DNA from: Tubiluchus corallicola | Taxonomy: Eukaryota; Animalia; Priapulida | DNA length: 64,000 nucleotides | Direction: 5' to 3' | NCBI GenBank assembly: GCA_030141605.1 | Contig: JAQGDQ010000081.1 | Location: forward strand, 496,001 to 560,000 | Shown: positions 39,501 to 54,724 of the stretch, in pieces | Position numbering within the stretch: the first letter of the stretch is position 1 | Layout: every line of letters starts with the position of its first letter | Position numbers and translations under genes: made by a program | The notes under the pieces: model-generated | Told to the model about the DNA's origin: nothing | The model's database searches: none | What the model saw: the letters and a program-made list of their open reading frames with translations, nothing else

Positions 39501-41937
39501 ACATAAATCTACTACAAATTATTTTTACATGTTTGTTAAAATTCCCCAAATAGCCTCCCTAATAATCAATCATGCGCGCAATGTCCACATAGTACTGATG
39601 TTCATGTCGAACACGTTGTAGTGTTCACGTGTTACAATTTACCTGTCTGCCAGTGCTCCCCAAATTGGACCACCAAGGAGAAGACCAACGAAGTACATGC
39701 TAGATGCGAGATACACTTTGTATGCTTCATCACAAACCAAGTCCCACTAAAAATCAAGTTAACTTGGAAACAACAGCTGTTAGTACAGGCAATAATGATG
39801 AAGATATTCATAAACTTGACTTCACGACTAGATCCTATGTTTGAATCAATAATGTATTATATCAGAGAACTTGCTCAAGGTTTCGTCATCGCAAATGCTG
39901 AACCATTTCGTTACAGTACTTTTGTTGTCATTACGGACGAGCCCACTTAATCGCAATTAATGGAAACTTCATGTTTGCGCAAAAACATTTTCTCCGGCGA
40001 AAATTTCTGTTTTTACAAACGTTTCTTTGAACTCTGAAACTTACCGCATAGAACGTGTGTAGAAAAGACAGAGAGCCGCCAGATTTTGGTTAATTTTTAC
40101 TTTCGTCTGCGCAGTTTTTAATTGTTTTTATTTTCTTAATTTTATACATTGCATAACATCTTCTTAATAGTTTTTATGTTATTTTTTGTATAATACTTTT
40201 TCATGTTTTATGTTTTTTATCAACAAGCCTAAAACAACAACGACAATGACAATGTCAGCGGTAGCGACAGCGTCAGTGACAATGGTGGCGAGAACGACGA
40301 CGACAACAGCAACAGCAGCAGCAACCGGAACAACAAATACAACAAGCGTATAGGGTATATGTCCCGGCATTGGCAGCTGCTAGTCTTGAACCAAAGATTG
40401 CAACCACTAAGGCTCTACGCAATCTGCACTTTATACCACTCGGTCACCGAACTCAGCACGATAAGTTTTTAACTGATTATAAAAACCCGAACTCCCGATT
40501 GTCAGCATTTTTGCACCAAAATATACTGACTGGGTTGCTCGCAGTGTTGAAAACAAAGCACCGCTGTATATTTGGTGTTCGATTTAGTATTAATGGTTAA
40601 GCAGAAAATCGGAATAAATCAAGAGAGCAAAGCAAGAAAATTACAAGCCAGCCTTCCGCCTTCCTTGATTGAACAACAGCACGAACTTGTCAAAAATGGA
40701 CGTTTGTAGCATCATTACCTCTGTGACTATTGTAGCTTCTGGTATTTTTCCCTGGTAAACGTCATACTCCCAGCCATCCAGACATCCTGTTTCATGTGGA
40801 ATTCCATTGACTATGTTAAACATTCTGCAGCTGTCTGTCTTCGAAGACGTCACAAATGGTGTGCTTTCATTCAGCATACTTTGTTTGGGTATCTGGAAAA
40901 GCAAGAACAACAACTAGAGTAAGTACTTGGTACTGGACTGGCCGGTGTAATAAGTCGTAAACGCTGAAAATTTGTAGATGCTACAATCCTCTCAGATAGT
41001 GACAGTCAGTGAATATATTTTTTAGTTTGTCCTTTACATTCACACACACGCACGCACGCACACACACACACTCACTCACTCACTCACTCACTCACTCACT
41101 CACTCACTCACACAAATTATTTATTGCCATTAATGCACACAAAATTACAGTACAAAATACAAACGCGTAAAATGTTTATATAAAAAGTTAATTGGTTGGT
41201 TGGTCGATGCCTATATAAGCTTGTTAGTAAGCCTTTCATTATAAGTGAGCTGACAAGGCAGGCGGTTAGTCAAGTAGAGGAGCTAGCAGTCTACCAGCCA
41301 ACTAGTCTGGCGAGCAGTCCAGCCAACTAGACTCGCTCAGATAAAGTGACACCCTTTTGACACGGCTATATTTTATTCCTCAAACACAATTTTTCATGCA
41401 TTTATTTGAATAACAATAACATTTCAAAATTTGTATTTGGGCCAACTAATCACATCCAAAAAGTTCTAGGCGTTCGTGTTGTTTTTACGTTGTGTTTTTG
41501 CAAAAGGCTTTAGTGTTTAATAAGCATTTTGGGTGCAGCCGCCCAAAAAACATTTATTAAACTGTTAGTGTGCACAGGACGAATGTACAGAATGCTACCA
41601 CATTTCTGACACATTTTATGAAACGTCTGTTGCTCACGCTTTGCATTCAAATAAGTAAACCACAAAACTGCGGGTTTAGCTATGGCTTTTGTAGCTTTTG
41701 TATAATAAAGGCCCACCTAAATTTTGACTAAATATAAAATAAACTTACCCTACATCTGTGGTGGGGTGCACCGCCAAAGAATACCATACCCAGGTGATTA
41801 AAAGCAACCGGAAACATGTTCAAGCAAAGAAGTAAATAGACAACAGTTTGAAATCTTCCCGGGTTTCCTAATTCAAGTAGAATCTCTTCTAGGTCAACTT
41901 TTGGGGTTTCTGAATTTCTTTGATTTTCGTTTTCCAT
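25877..41937 (-). CDS. SLC22 / organic cation transporter family MFS protein with extended C-terminal tail (~1134 aa, 10 exons)
   Basis: Exons 41937-41749, 40892-40719, 39746-39643, 38968-38842, 35063-34867, 33691-33464, 31901-31767, 31059-30974, 30121-29928 and 27847-25877 sum to 3405 nt with consistent phases and GT-AG sites. Family motifs: TIVTE/WDLVC, ADRLGRR, TELF, PESIRWL, RFGRK, ELFPTAVR, LPET, TIEEAE. Candidate AATAAA at 25797-25802. Confidence 0.93.
28295..28605. repeat. CAC/CACAC-rich and GAT low-complexity tract (intronic)
   Basis: Directly visible; explains the His/Thr/Pro ORF. Confidence 0.8.
28930..29298 (-). mobile_element. Dispersed repeat family B copy 2 (in SLC22 intron 9)
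   Basis: Reverse-complement homology to 15993-16320. Confidence 0.7.
30481..30595. repeat. (ATT)n microsatellite
   Basis: Directly visible. Confidence 0.95.
35667..35672 (-). terminator. Polyadenylation signal of the Reeler gene
   Basis: AATAAA on the minus strand about 67 nt after the TGA stop. Confidence 0.55.
35739..36635 (-). CDS. Secreted Reeler-domain protein (putative defense protein / Hdd11-like), 179 aa, 3 exons, nested in SLC22 intron 4
   Basis: Exons 36635-36446, 36236-35972 and 35823-35739 (540 nt; phases 1,2). Signal-peptide-like N-terminus, then Reeler motifs FPGGAP..C.SMLPNHG, FQGFMLQA, IGTW, C...VTH...PK, W.PP, VTFRVTVVQDFNNFW. Confidence 0.93.
36734..36741 (-). promoter_or_regulatory. 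TATA box of the nested Reeler gene
   Basis: TATATAAA on the minus strand about 100 bp upstream of the ATG at 36635. Confidence 0.6.
41040..41113. repeat. (CA)n/(CACG)n/(CACT)n microsatellite
   Basis: Directly visible. Confidence 0.9.
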
Positions 41938-44900
41938 TGCGGTTACACACTACAACAACTTATACATGTCGAAACTAAAAGACACACAAAGTTTTAGACG
42001 GTGAAAGAAGGCACAGGTAATTTGGTATGAGAACTAATCAATTAATCGCGTGATCCTTTCTGGCAAATGAAAAACTAAACAACTAAACCGTGCAAATCTT
42101 GTGCATAAAATCGACGCTCATACGACATTAACCACTTTCACATTTCCGAAGAACAAGTAGCTCACATTAACGCAAACGCCACTTTGTAGTTTTTCACTTT
42201 CTAAACTAATTGCTAGAGAAACAGAGAATATATGTCAGTTCCAATTACCGCCAATCCAGTACAAACTTGGCCTTATACAATAACGGCAGGTATTGTTTCT
42301 AGTGAGGGTTGCGTACTTGAATGCGTAATAGCTGCACTTGATTTAATTATAATAATAGTAAAAATATTGATAACAGACGCTTTTGATAAAAATATTAATA
42401 ACAGAGAACAGACGTTCGGTGTTGGATATTTAACATATCTCAGTGCAGCGTCACAACTCGGTTTGCTTTATGGCAGCAAAACGTTTCCTGGCATCCTGTT
42501 TCCAGGTTTGTTTTATTTAAAACCAAATGAGCATTGTTTGTAATTACGTACTTCAATCGCTACAAAAAGAACGCATAAGTCATAAATTCCTTTTTGGCAC
42601 AAATGTATAATTTCTCACTATACTCATTCGCTTTTACAACAAAATTAATGTCACACGAAGGTGTTTTCGCTGGCTGTTGTGATAGTTCTTCCTTCATTCA
42701 GTTCATCATGTAAACACATTGTGTGGTTGAGTGAATTAGTTTCTCATTAGATTGTTACGGAGCATTGTTCGGTGTATTTAGTTAACTCATAATGTGAAAA
42801 ATTTAAGTATTAGCGTTATCCCATAAAGTCAATACGTTTTAACAATGAAACTTTATAAAACAATCTCAGATAAGTTGAATTAACAAACACACACGGAGCA
42901 AGAACTGCAGGATAACTAAAGTTCACCGGCAGTAACATAGTATTTCACTTTCACTTTCAACTTTCCTGAAACAAGAAGATCAAGTTTTTAATCCAAGCCT
43001 CTTGATGTTAATTATTAAGTTTGTCCAAGAGATTTAGTGGCACAGATAGCGGTTCTCAAAAGCGTCTGTTGACATATCAAATTGTTTACTAATGAACTAA
43101 CAGTAGAAAAAAAAGTCGCAAACCGCTGCAGAACAATGTAACCGTTGTTTCGATATCAAAGAGAAATGACGCGATGTAAATTAAATGTTTGATCCAATGT
43201 TCGTTCATGTTTTGTCTTGCCACAATAAAAATTGTTTGTCTGCAGTAGCTGTTCATTGCAAAATGTAAAGAATATGTAAGGAACTCACTGAGTTGGACGA
43301 TCACTCAGTGATCGTTTACAATCAACTTCTGCGTAATTACAAATTAACAGCTAACAAATCAATTTCTGAAATGTCATATTTATTATTTTATTGATTGTTT
43401 TCATACGTTTACATTAGTAGTTTTTACGACTGGAAGTACAAATATAAAGTACGTGATTATGCATAGATCAAATTTTTATGCTAACACACGTTTACCTAAT
43501 TATTTAGAACAAGTTTAATCACTCTTTCTTATTTTCTATATACATGCACCTGTGCGGCCGGTTCTACCCTAGGTAAACTAGGCAGTTACCTAGGCACTAG
43601 GGAGCCAAATACTGGAAGTAATTCTTTAATTTTCATTTAGGCATATACATATAGTATCATGTATGCGTAGTTGCTTATGTGCAAAACACTTTAATTAAAA
43701 GAAACGAACTAGATGATCTTGTGATTTTCTTGACAAAATCTATAATTCATCGACGCAAGGGTCTTCCCGCAGTAAAACACCCTCTTTACTTTTGCTTCAT
43801 TTCACGAGACATTACTGACGAGTTACTATGCTGTTGCCTGCAGTTTCTATTGTATGCATAGAACAGCAGAGTTATCACTTGCAGTAATGATACTTCCGTT
43901 AATAAAGAAAAGTTTCTTGCAATAGCATTTATATAATTATAGCAGATAAACATTGAAATCGTCAAGAGCACACAATACAGGAAACGAAACGCAGGGTCAT
44001 GGTTGTAAAAACGAAACTAGGAAAATACATTAATACGTGAAAAAGAGAAGTTAGGGTTTCAGAAAATTTTCCGATGAAAAGGCTGAAGGAAAATCTAGCC
44101 AAGAGTAACACAAGTTGCAGATATTTGATTGCTCCTGAAGATCCAGAACGTACAATGGGGTCATAGATTCAATCATAATAAGCTGTAGATACTACACTTA
44201 GTAATAACTACACTTAATTAGTACACTATAATACATGCATAAGCATAATATACAAGTGCCATTATATTTTACTGTAATATTATACGGGTGAAATTCAATT
44301 CTGCTATTAAATTATCATCTGCTTTAAAATCTTTACATGATGGGACTCAGTTCTGTGTTAAATTAGTTGAAGAGATACGACTGGACAAATTGTCTCTGAA
44401 ATAGGCGTCAAACAGTGAGCCACAACGTTGCTTGTAGTTAATATCCATAACTTGACTATTGAATAATGTTGAATAATTTAGCCCATCCTAATAGAACTAA
44501 ACATGGCTTTAAAGATATTCAATGCAGCAAGTAATTACGCTTGTTTACTACAGCGTGCAGTTCCAGTAAAACAAGAATAGTTTGTTGCCTAACTTCGGGC
44601 TCGTTTGACGACGTGTTTCGACAAAATTAAAGTGATATAGCAAGTGATAACACACGACAAACACTTGCGCAAGCACAAAATTGGCAATAAAATGCAATTA
44701 ATTAAATTCCAAAAATGAAATTTTTTTTTTGGATTTATTTGGTTACATACCTGCTAAAAATGTGTTAAAACCGCAAAGAAAGGCCCAATGAACTGAGTCG
44801 CTTTCCACACTGATTGCGCAATTAAATGTTAACATAATAAAAAATATCTTCAATAACAAGAATGTTTGTCTTCACTGTGAACTTAAGACCTGCAACACTC

Positions 44901-47343
44901 ACATATCTTCCATTTTTCTTTACAATTCAAAATTGTTGACCTTGAAAGCAAATAATCAGCTGGAGAGTGATGCTTTTCAATGACGTTTATACAGATCATT
45001 ATTGCAGATGAAATGGCCAAAAGTTATAAGCAACAACGACAAAATCAAGGAAGAAAATGGACCAGGGAGATAAAACACAGAAGACTTAACTGGCTGGGTG
45101 GTTTGATATTAAAGCCTAGCAGGAATCAATTCACTCATTTAAGAAGCCAAGGGGAGGCAGGTTGCTCACATGGATGGTTTTCACACAAAAAGATCCTAAA
45201 TGGAACATCTCTAATTTTAAAAGGCTCATCACGGAGAGTAGCAAAAGAACGTACCATATGACAGCAGAAGGTAGACAGTGCAGTGTCATCGGTCGAATAA
45301 CACACATTATATGATATGATGTTATTAAATAATTGTAGCAAAATTTTTCACGTTTTTAAAGTCCAATTCAATTCAATTCACTTTTATTTTAGCCTAAACT
45401 AACAATGATACGATGCACACAAAAAATTCATTAAGCGTACGCACACAAACACACAACTTATTAAATGGAACAATAAAAATTAATAGAAACCATCTGCACT
45501 AAACCAGAAAGACATAAGCAGTGTAAGGAGAATACAATATCATAGATACTGACTGTGATGATGGTGTTATTAATGAATGTAAAACATTGGTTATTTGTTC
45601 AAGCGGCATTAAAAAGAAAATTCAATAGTCAGTACTGGTTAGTATTTGTATTTAAATAACAGTTTAATTTTTACAGTAATTATCTGGATTCGGGATGCGG
45701 TGGAAAAGGAATATTGGCTCTCAAAATGGTCTCGAAAGAAAAAACAGGTGATATTTGGTCCAAGTTTTCGTGTTCTGAAACGGTTACAAAGAGTATTTTA
45801 TACCTAGCAATGACGACACAATCGTTTAAAGTTTTGGTTCCATAAACTAGCACCCACTACAATATGGTTAAAAATTCTCGCACGTCTGTGCTGAGCTGAA
45901 AAGGAGGCAAGAGAATTCACTAGCCTTCGTCTCCATTTAAGTCAATGTCATCATGATCTGCAAAAGTCGGGGGAGGGATATATGGGAGGCGTCAACCCTC
46001 CACCATTCCAGAATAAACAAGGTTAATTTACGTATCGTAGATATCTAAGTTTGAAGTTTTTATTATTATCACATTCAGTACAATATAGTGACATTCTATG
46101 CGTGGTAACATTAAAATTGTTGTATCATACTGCAATAAATTATTGTTTCATACACTGAGTAATTTAACATTACTAAACATGTATCGGTTTTCCCAATCAT
46201 GCTGAGAGTCAGATGAAACTAAGATAACTTTAACAAAACTTGCCCAACTGTTGATGTCGCTGTTTGCATGAATTATAAATACATGATACAAGTCAGAGAA
46301 GATTTAGGTAGTGAGTGGACCAATACATACAGCCAATCCCTTATAGTTTTACAAATGGTACATCGCACGTTAATAGATAATAAATATTAACTATAGTAAC
46401 TATAAACGTGACACATAATGCAACAGCAACGTTTTAGAAAAAGTGATAAGGCCTTTTTGGAGAAAACGGTTATATTGCAAGGTGCAAATTTTAGTCATTC
46501 CCATGCAAAAATAGCAAAAACATCTTTTCAGACCATTTCTGAATTTCAGTAAATCAAGTAACGTTCTTAGGACAGATAACTAAGGTAATTAAAAGTAGGC
46601 TGTTCTAACTACTTTAACCTACCCGTTGCAAAATTATCTTGGGTTATAACCAGTAGATTTTAATTATTCTGAGCAAATGTTTAATTTTCAAATACATTTG
46701 CCAACATATATATACGTCGGCCTTTATCGAGATTTCGGATTTGCAGGAAAGGACAGCAGAGATACAGCCGTTTATGTCACTGGAATATTTCACAAACTTC
46801 TCAGTGTAGATGAATCTATGGCACACCTCACTTTTGACAGCAGTCTGCCACAAAGTATACTGGGCTAACCATTCCGAATTTTGCTGTTAAAATTTCAGCA
46901 TGCGCGTTGATTATACAGAGTAGGCACAATAACTGAGTTACAGAATTATATTATAGTCGAGCAAGTTTTCTTTTATTAAGGAGCCCGTAGTTACGAGAAA
47001 TGCGGCCATTTGCCTATGACCGCTTACAATGAAATGATTGCTCAGCAGGATACTAATGAAAATTAATGTCAGTACAAATTGTTATTCTAGCAAATACCAT
47101 TCAGGTGAATCCATAACGGAATGTAGTAATTCACAGTGTATATAAACGTGGTTTCATGTTTCTGTAGGGCCACATTAAAGGCTTTGGGGGCTCTGCATAA
47201 TTAACCCGGCGGCAGCAATGTGTACTTATTTGCTCAATATGTTTTGTCATCTGAGCAATAAAGAGTGGTTTTGCCAAGCTCGCGTAGTATTCTGTAGTTC
47301 CGGCTTTTGCATTTGCACTTCAACGTGTGAAGCTGAAGTGAGC

Positions 47344-48234
47344 ATGAATTCGACTTTATCACCAGCAGATTTCTTCACAGGAAATACGACAGAAGATGTT
47401 GCCAGTTTGAGTAAACCTGTTATCGTAATCTCAGTGCTGTTGTATGTGTTATTAGGCATGACTATAATTGCAGGCAACTCATTAGTGCTGATTGCAATTT
47501 ATAAAACTCTTTATCTGCAAACTAAAACAAATGTTTTCATTGCATCACTTGCAGTGACTGATTTACTAGTTGGACTGTCTACACCGACTGAAATTGTAGC
47601 ACTTGTGACTAACGGCATGAACTCAAGCATGATGTTCTATATGGTGCGATACAGCTTTCAATATGGAATGATAAATACGAGTGTATTTCACTTGTGCTTG
47701 ATTGCTGCTGACAGATACATAGCTATCGTCCATCCATTCCAGTATCACATTATAGTCAGGAAAAAAACTATTGTTTCAGCAATTTACCTTAGCTGGGTTA
47801 TTGCTCTAGTTGAAGCAGTTACCTTTGTTATTTTGGAAGACAGAATTTATGGAATGTTGCATGTTGATGCTGTGATAGCTTTTTATTTGCCAATGCTCAC
47901 GATACTGATACTCTATGCTCTAATTTGGAGAACTGCAAGAAAACATGTCTTACAGATATGCAATCAAGATCAAGAAATTCATACAAAAGTGATGGAAATG
48001 AAAGCAACAAAAACTCTAACTATAGTTACTTTGGCTTTTCTTATATGCTGGGGCCCAGCATTTCTGTATGAGTCATTTCTAAGTGCAGCATCTTATAAAA
48101 TAGAACTTGGTCCTTATGTAATTTTATTTGCATTTGGATTCTGCAACAGTGCACTTAATCCTATCATATATGCATTTTCAAGTAGCAACTTTAGAACAGC
48201 TTTCAATGAAATTTTGTTTAAACATCACCGCTGA
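47344..48234 (+). CDS. Intronless class A (rhodopsin-like) orphan GPCR, 296 aa
   Basis: Seven hydrophobic segments with GNSLV, SLAVTDLLVG, ADRYIAI.HP, W in TM4, CWGP and NSALNPIIYA. The likely start is ATG 47344 (MNST, N-glycosylation sequons); an in-frame upstream ATG exists at 47218. TATATAAA at 47139-47146. Confidence 0.92.
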   Translation: MNSTLSPADFFTGNTTEDVASLSKPVIVISVLLYVLLGMTIIAGNSLVLIAIYKTLYLQTKTNVFIASLAVTDLLVGLSTPTEIVALVTNGMNSSMMFYMVRYSFQYGMINTSVFHLCLIAADRYIAIVHPFQYHIIVRKKTIVSAIYLSWVIALVEAVTFVILEDRIYGMLHVDAVIAFYLPMLTILILYALIWRTARKHVLQICNQDQEIHTKVMEMKATKTLTIVTLAFLICWGPAFLYESFLSAASYKIELGPYVILFAFGFCNSALNPIIYAFSSSNFRTAFNEILFKHHR

Positions 48235-49580
48235 ACAGTGATAGCAACAGGCTCCCACCACCATTGTTGCTGTTACTTCTAATAATACCTTTTAAACTCC
48301 TGTGCCATGCATCAGTAAACAACAATTTTTATAAAATACTTTTTTCTTGTTACTATATTACAGTACTATGCTGCTGACTACAAATGCAGGTGTTTGATGA
48401 TTTCTGATCATCGTTGTATTCGTTTGCTTTGTATTGACTTGGTTCTAACTTCTTTAAATACTACACTTTTGCAAATAGCTACATCTTCGTGTACGTCTCC
48501 TGCTACCATCCTGAACTCCAACAGTTTGATTGGAAGCTCATTCTGAACAGCCAATTCTAAATCCAGTTGTTTTGTGCCAGAACATTTTTCCTGTTAATGA
48601 TAAACTCACTTAATTCAATAAAAATACCAACACAACAACAGATAAGTGCTATACTAGCAAGTTATTTATAAAATTCTAGCGTTCTGTACATATGTGCAAT
48701 ATTTTTATCTCCTAATTTCAACTATGTAGCCACTTATTCTGAGTGTACATTAGCTTTGTTTCGGACAATCCAAAAAAAAAATTTGTTTGCGTAATATTAT
48801 AAAAGCGAGTTTACACAATTAGAATAGGCGTGCAATAATAATGTAATATAATAATCAAAATTCTCTTCTGTGTTTGCCTTTGATACGATGCGACGACACC
48901 AACTTTGGCAATTTGCGTGTGTCACAGTGGACAAAAAATGAGAGAAATTTTCAGTAGGCTGCTTTATGTATGTATACAGAGACTGATGGCATGTGTCTTA
49001 ACTACAACTGTCACGTTACATGTGGGTAAAGCAAAGCTGTCTGCCGCATCAGTTTAGTGACTTCAGTTCTTTTACGTGGACTTTAGTTAATTATGCATAA
49101 GTCTGTGCGTAGAATGATTTATTAGCAGGATCTTGCTTGTGAACAAAAAAATACACTTGTAATGTTCTAGCTAGCTGTTAAATTTTTTACTGTTACAACA
49201 CCATAGGCTGCATGCTGTTGTCAAGTGTAGACAAATGCGTTGTTTGATGCGCTTAACGTTTGACCTTTTCATGATCATCATCAATCGCTGGAACTGTGAA
49301 AAGGCTTATCGTTGTTCTAGTAAATACGTGAGTGAACATGTGAGAATTTGAGTACATAATACAATAGTGCATATGTTTCTAACAAAAACATTTGTCCTGC
49401 TCTGCTAATAGAATTTTGAATTTGTCATCATTAATCCGGTTATAGTGCTATACTCTACATAACCTACAATGTGCTCATTAGCTCGGCATGATTCGTAGCT
49501 CATCACTGCAAAGTGTAAAAGAATTTGAAAAGTTATAGCACTTTTTTGTTCTACAGTTTTAATTTTTGATGAAGTTTGAA

Positions 49581-50410
49581 ATGACTACAAATTTGACACT
49601 ATTCTCGCCAGACTTTTTAACAGGAAATACAACACAAGGTGGCGTCGGTTTTTTTTATCAGTAATGTCAGTGCTGTTGTATATGTTACCAGGTATAATTA
49701 TAATTGCAGGCAACACACTAATGCTGGTTGCAATTTATAAAACTTTTTATTTACAAACTAAAACAAATGTATTCATTGCATCACTTGCGGTGACTGATTT
49801 ACTTATTGGACTATCTACATCGACTGAAATTGCAGCATTTCTGAGTGATAGCATGAACTCAAACATCGCGTTTTATGTTGTGTGATAAAGTTTTCAATAT
49901 GGAATGCTATATACGAGTGTATTTCACCTGCGTTTGATTGCTGATAAATACATGGCTATTGCCCAACCATTCAAGTATCTCATTATAGTCAGGAAAGAAG
50001 CCGTTTTGTAGCACTTTGCTTTGCTGAGCCCTTGCTTTTACTGAAGCAGTTATCTTTATTGTCTTGAGAGACGTTTATGAGCTATACGAATTGCAATATC
50101 TTGATATCATTGTATGTTTTTAGTTACTCGCGATTATTGTACTATATGCTCTGATTTCGAGAACTGCAAGAAAAAACATGTTTTACAAATACACAACCAA
50201 AATCAGGAAAGCCGTGTAAATGTGTGGAAATGAAGCCTACAAAAACTCTTTCTATAGTTACTTTGACTTTCCCCATATGCTGGGGCTCAATATTTCTGTA
50301 TGTGACATTTCTTGGGGCTGCCACTTATAAATTGAAACTGAAACTTGGACCTTTCGCTGTTTTATCTGCATTTTGCTTTTGCAACAGTGCACACAACCCT
50401 ATTCCTGATT
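49581..50410 (+). pseudogene. GPCR pseudogene, close paralog of 47344-48234
   Basis: Colinear with gene 1 (QTKTNVFIASLAVTDLL, MKPTKTL, CWG, FCNSAHNPI) but has TGA/TAA stops at 49883-49888, further stops and frameshifts, and is truncated after TM7. Confidence 0.9.
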
Positions 50411-50513
50411 TTTTTTAAAAATGTAATATATTTGGAAATGGAATGATGCATAGACGTTTGAGATTTTTTTCCTAAAGGAAGTGTTTCCCTTATACATTAC
50501 GTATACGTATAAC

Positions 50514-50635
<122 letters not shown>

Positions 50636-50975
50636 CTGTTAGGCTGTAATCCAATGTTGTCCAATCTACATCTTCCACACACGATTTAAATACCCTAACC
50701 CCAACCCTAATCCTAGTTTGCTACACGAATTAATTTCTTGTGTGTGGAGAATTGTAAACTTTAGCCAATGTATAAATAGTAAATCAATATCTAAACTATT
50801 AAATCTTCAATTTAGAAAATATTTTCTTACTAATAGCAAACAATCAATTTTATTTGTTGGTCGTTGCTTCCTGCCAAAACAAGTATTTATTATCATTGTT
50901 TCTAGTTGTAAAGTCAGGATACATCAACTTAGTACTAGTTAATTAGTACTAAGCAAGCCCCATACTGAAAATATT

Positions 50976-52086
50976 TCAGCAGAAAGAATGTGTACCTCTC
51001 AATGTGCAAGATGCCGCCGTGCTGAGTTCCATTGTGCTACTGTTGTTTTCACTGGTGCCGGTATGTCTTCTAGACGCTTTCACAAACAAAAGCTTTTTGA
51101 AGGTTATTCTGAAATTTGAGCTTGAGAATGCGTATATGGCTGGATTAACCCCTCTGTTGGTGAATCCAAGCGCAAACAGAAGCACAGAAACGTTTTAGGT
51201 CTATGCGTAGTAATCTGTACGATAACGCCAGGCTTCGTATGCATACGCTCACTTGTGGCCAAAAGTTTAAACCCACCTGTGATTACGTCGTGAATTTTGA
51301 GCTTTTCGGTGAATTTTGAGCTTTTTTGGTATTCAGCTCAAAATTCATATCGTAATCACAGGTGGGCTTAAACTTTTGGCCACGATTGCTGGGCCCAGCA
51401 GAGCACAAAAGCAAATGTAACAGTGGTTAGGATTTTCGTTGCTTTCATCTGAACCATGCTGGTCTTGTCTCCTTGGCTCTGGCTGTGTATCCGTAGGACT
51501 TGCCTTCTTGCGATTCTCCAGATCAAAACATACAAGAATAAGTGACGAGCATTGGCAGCAATCTTCAAGAAGAAGGCTATAATGATGTCGGGTAACATCA
51601 AATTGAACATGCCGTACATCTCTCTCAAGATACAGACAGAATTGCCTCGATAATTGCGAAGAACCAAGTGAAACAAAGTGTTAGCATGACAGCGGTCTTG
51701 GTCACTATAGCTGAGTACTTGAATGGATACGTGACAGCAATGTATCTTTCGACAGTTATTACACACAACTGAAACGCACTAGCGTTTGCCATTGCGTACA
51801 TTAAGCTGGGCCTTATCACCAGGAAAATCGTGTTTCCAAAGGCTTTTTGACTGAACAGTGCTGCAATCTCAATCGGTGAAGAAAACGCAATTGCCAAATC
51901 TGTGACGGCCAATGAGGCAATTAGAGCGTTAGTCTTGGTTTATAAAATCGGATATTTACAGACTGCAATCAACATTAACAGGTTTCCCGGGATTATAAGG
52001 ATAATTGATAAAATGAAAGTAAAGATTGTCAGTATAACTGCAGTTTTGTCTATGTTGACCCGCTCACTTGCTGTGTGATTTAACAT
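50976..52086 (-). pseudogene. GPCR pseudogene of the same family, disrupted by stops, frameshifts and a MITE
   Basis: ATG 52086 (MLNHT...PGNLL), TAA at ~51940 in L*TKTNALIASLAVTDL, ERYIAVTYPFKY, MKATKILT..CW, FTNRGVNPAIYAFSSSNFR, distributed over different frames. Confidence 0.88.
51250..51388. mobile_element. ~139-bp palindromic MITE with Tc1/mariner-like termini
   Basis: gtggccaaaagtttaaacccacctgtgattacg ... cgtaatcacaggtgggcttaaacttttggccac; termini resemble CAGTCGTGGCCAAAAG-type Tc1 ends. It sits directly after the TM6 CW motif; no TA duplication is visible. Confidence 0.75.
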
Positions 52087-52797
52087 ATCTATTACATCAT
52101 TATCTTAATTAGCTGCATCACAAAAACTGAGCAGGAAAAAATATAGTCTTAACGAGGTTTTTTGCACCATTTTGAGCTTTACCGTTGATTGGAATTGTCA
52201 TTAGTGTTTGCCAAAAGTTGAAGCGATCTTCCAAAACGAAGGTTCACTGCAGATGGTCCCACAAAATCTTGAAAGTGCGGTGTCACAGAAACATTTCCAC
52301 TTTCACAGTATATACCGCCTTTTTTCGTAAAATGTTCCTAAAATGTCTACGCTAAATTATAGTCTTACTTTTGCCTTTATGACTGCCAAACGTTAGTCCG
52401 TAAACGTTGTTTTAGCAGCCGAGTCAACAATTGTGTGCGTGCGCTAACATCTCGGCAATACAATATTATTAGTCATTGATTACATCTCACTCATGAAATT
52501 GGAACTTTGTGTGTCTTAGAGCGTATAATTGACTAAGCTTCGGAAACATAGGCTTTAAATGCGCTCTGGAGACGTAAAAATTGACTAAGCTTAGTCAATT
52601 CTAAATGCTAAGCTAAGCTAAGCTTTTCTTCCAAATGCCAGTTCAGAAACCTAGAGACATGATGCTGATGATTAGTGTAAAATGTTGTGCATTCAGGCTT
52701 ATTCCATCCTGTATACCTTCCATATATTATGGCCACTACATAATAACAACATAATAATTTGAGTAAATCCAATCTGCTTTCCTGACAGGTACTTATA

Positions 52798-53340
<543 letters not shown>

Positions 53341-53653
53341 ATTTGAATTTGTTGAACGAATCATGTCACCTGATTACAAATGTAAACAAAAATATTTATA
53401 ACATCCGATCGGTTTTACGGTATACTTTGGTATAAATGAGTTTTGTATAACGAATCTGTTTTACAATTATTTCACTGATTGACAAAATGAAATTTGCAAG
53501 ACAGTTTCAATAATGTCAAAGATGCCCATGAGGACAGTGTGCTTTTTCATGATCATACTGAAATGCGTTGAATAGGAGCTCATTGTGACCTAAGGAAAAT
53601 TAACTTATTAAAATGTTGTAGTAGCAAAAATCTTCTTGATACTCATACAGTTC

Positions 53654-53795
<142 letters not shown>

Positions 53796-54724
53796 TATCA
53801 TTCGTTCTCTGCAAAGTTGTAAACTCATTTAATAACTCGTTACCCCTGCAAGCTATAGTCAGGATACTCACTAGTTGGGTATCCCTGGGCGGGGAAAGGC
53901 AGCAGTGTGTTGACCTCTGACCTCTGGTCAGAGAGTTAGGGGCAGCTGGCATCGTTCCGTCTTTCTCATACTCCGCATCTCCTATGATACTTACTTTTTC
54001 ACTTTTTTCACAAGTATTTGGATGACCACGTCAGAAACATTGTCAACTAGTCAATTATTTCATTTACTTTCATTTAATTTAATTTAGTTAAATTGTTACA
54101 TATCTTGCAATATGAATTCACGACAAGAAGTGTTGGAAAAAAATAGAAATTACAAGTAAAAGTGCACTACAGTAACAACAATGATTACAAATTTATAGTA
54201 ATTTAAAATCTGTATCTGCTACGTTAATAGCAGACACACATACATATCCCTGGCAGAAAACATTATCACAATATGATCGCAATCCTACCAGAATCTTGTC
54301 AAACAATATTTTCAAAAAATGTTGTCATTACACTGACACTTTTGATCAGTATGGGTTCCACCATAATACCACATTGTACGACAATATGTTATAATCATTT
54401 TCAGACAAGATTAATATTGTAGTTTAAGCAACATATAGTAATAAAGACGAATTAAAAAGTCCAACAATTTAAAAACAAATTAAAGATGAAGAAAACACGT
54501 CGTTTCAAATTGCTATTGCAGTTTATCTTCAAGTGAAAAAGCACAAATTTTTTGAGAAGCGCTTTTTATTTACATTGTTAACACATTTTCAAAACACACT
54601 AAAAAGGATTCAAGCATTTAGAATAAAACACAGAAGCACAGCAAATTTTAACACAGTAGAGAAACACAGAAGTGTAAAATCATTGGCCACAATCACAGTT
54701 ACAGAATATATAGAGTAACCTGCC

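Noticed and set aside
47218-47343. 42-aa Cys-rich N-terminal extension of GPCR 1
   Set aside because: The paralogs begin near the second ATG and the extension is not shared, so it is probably 5' UTR or intron.
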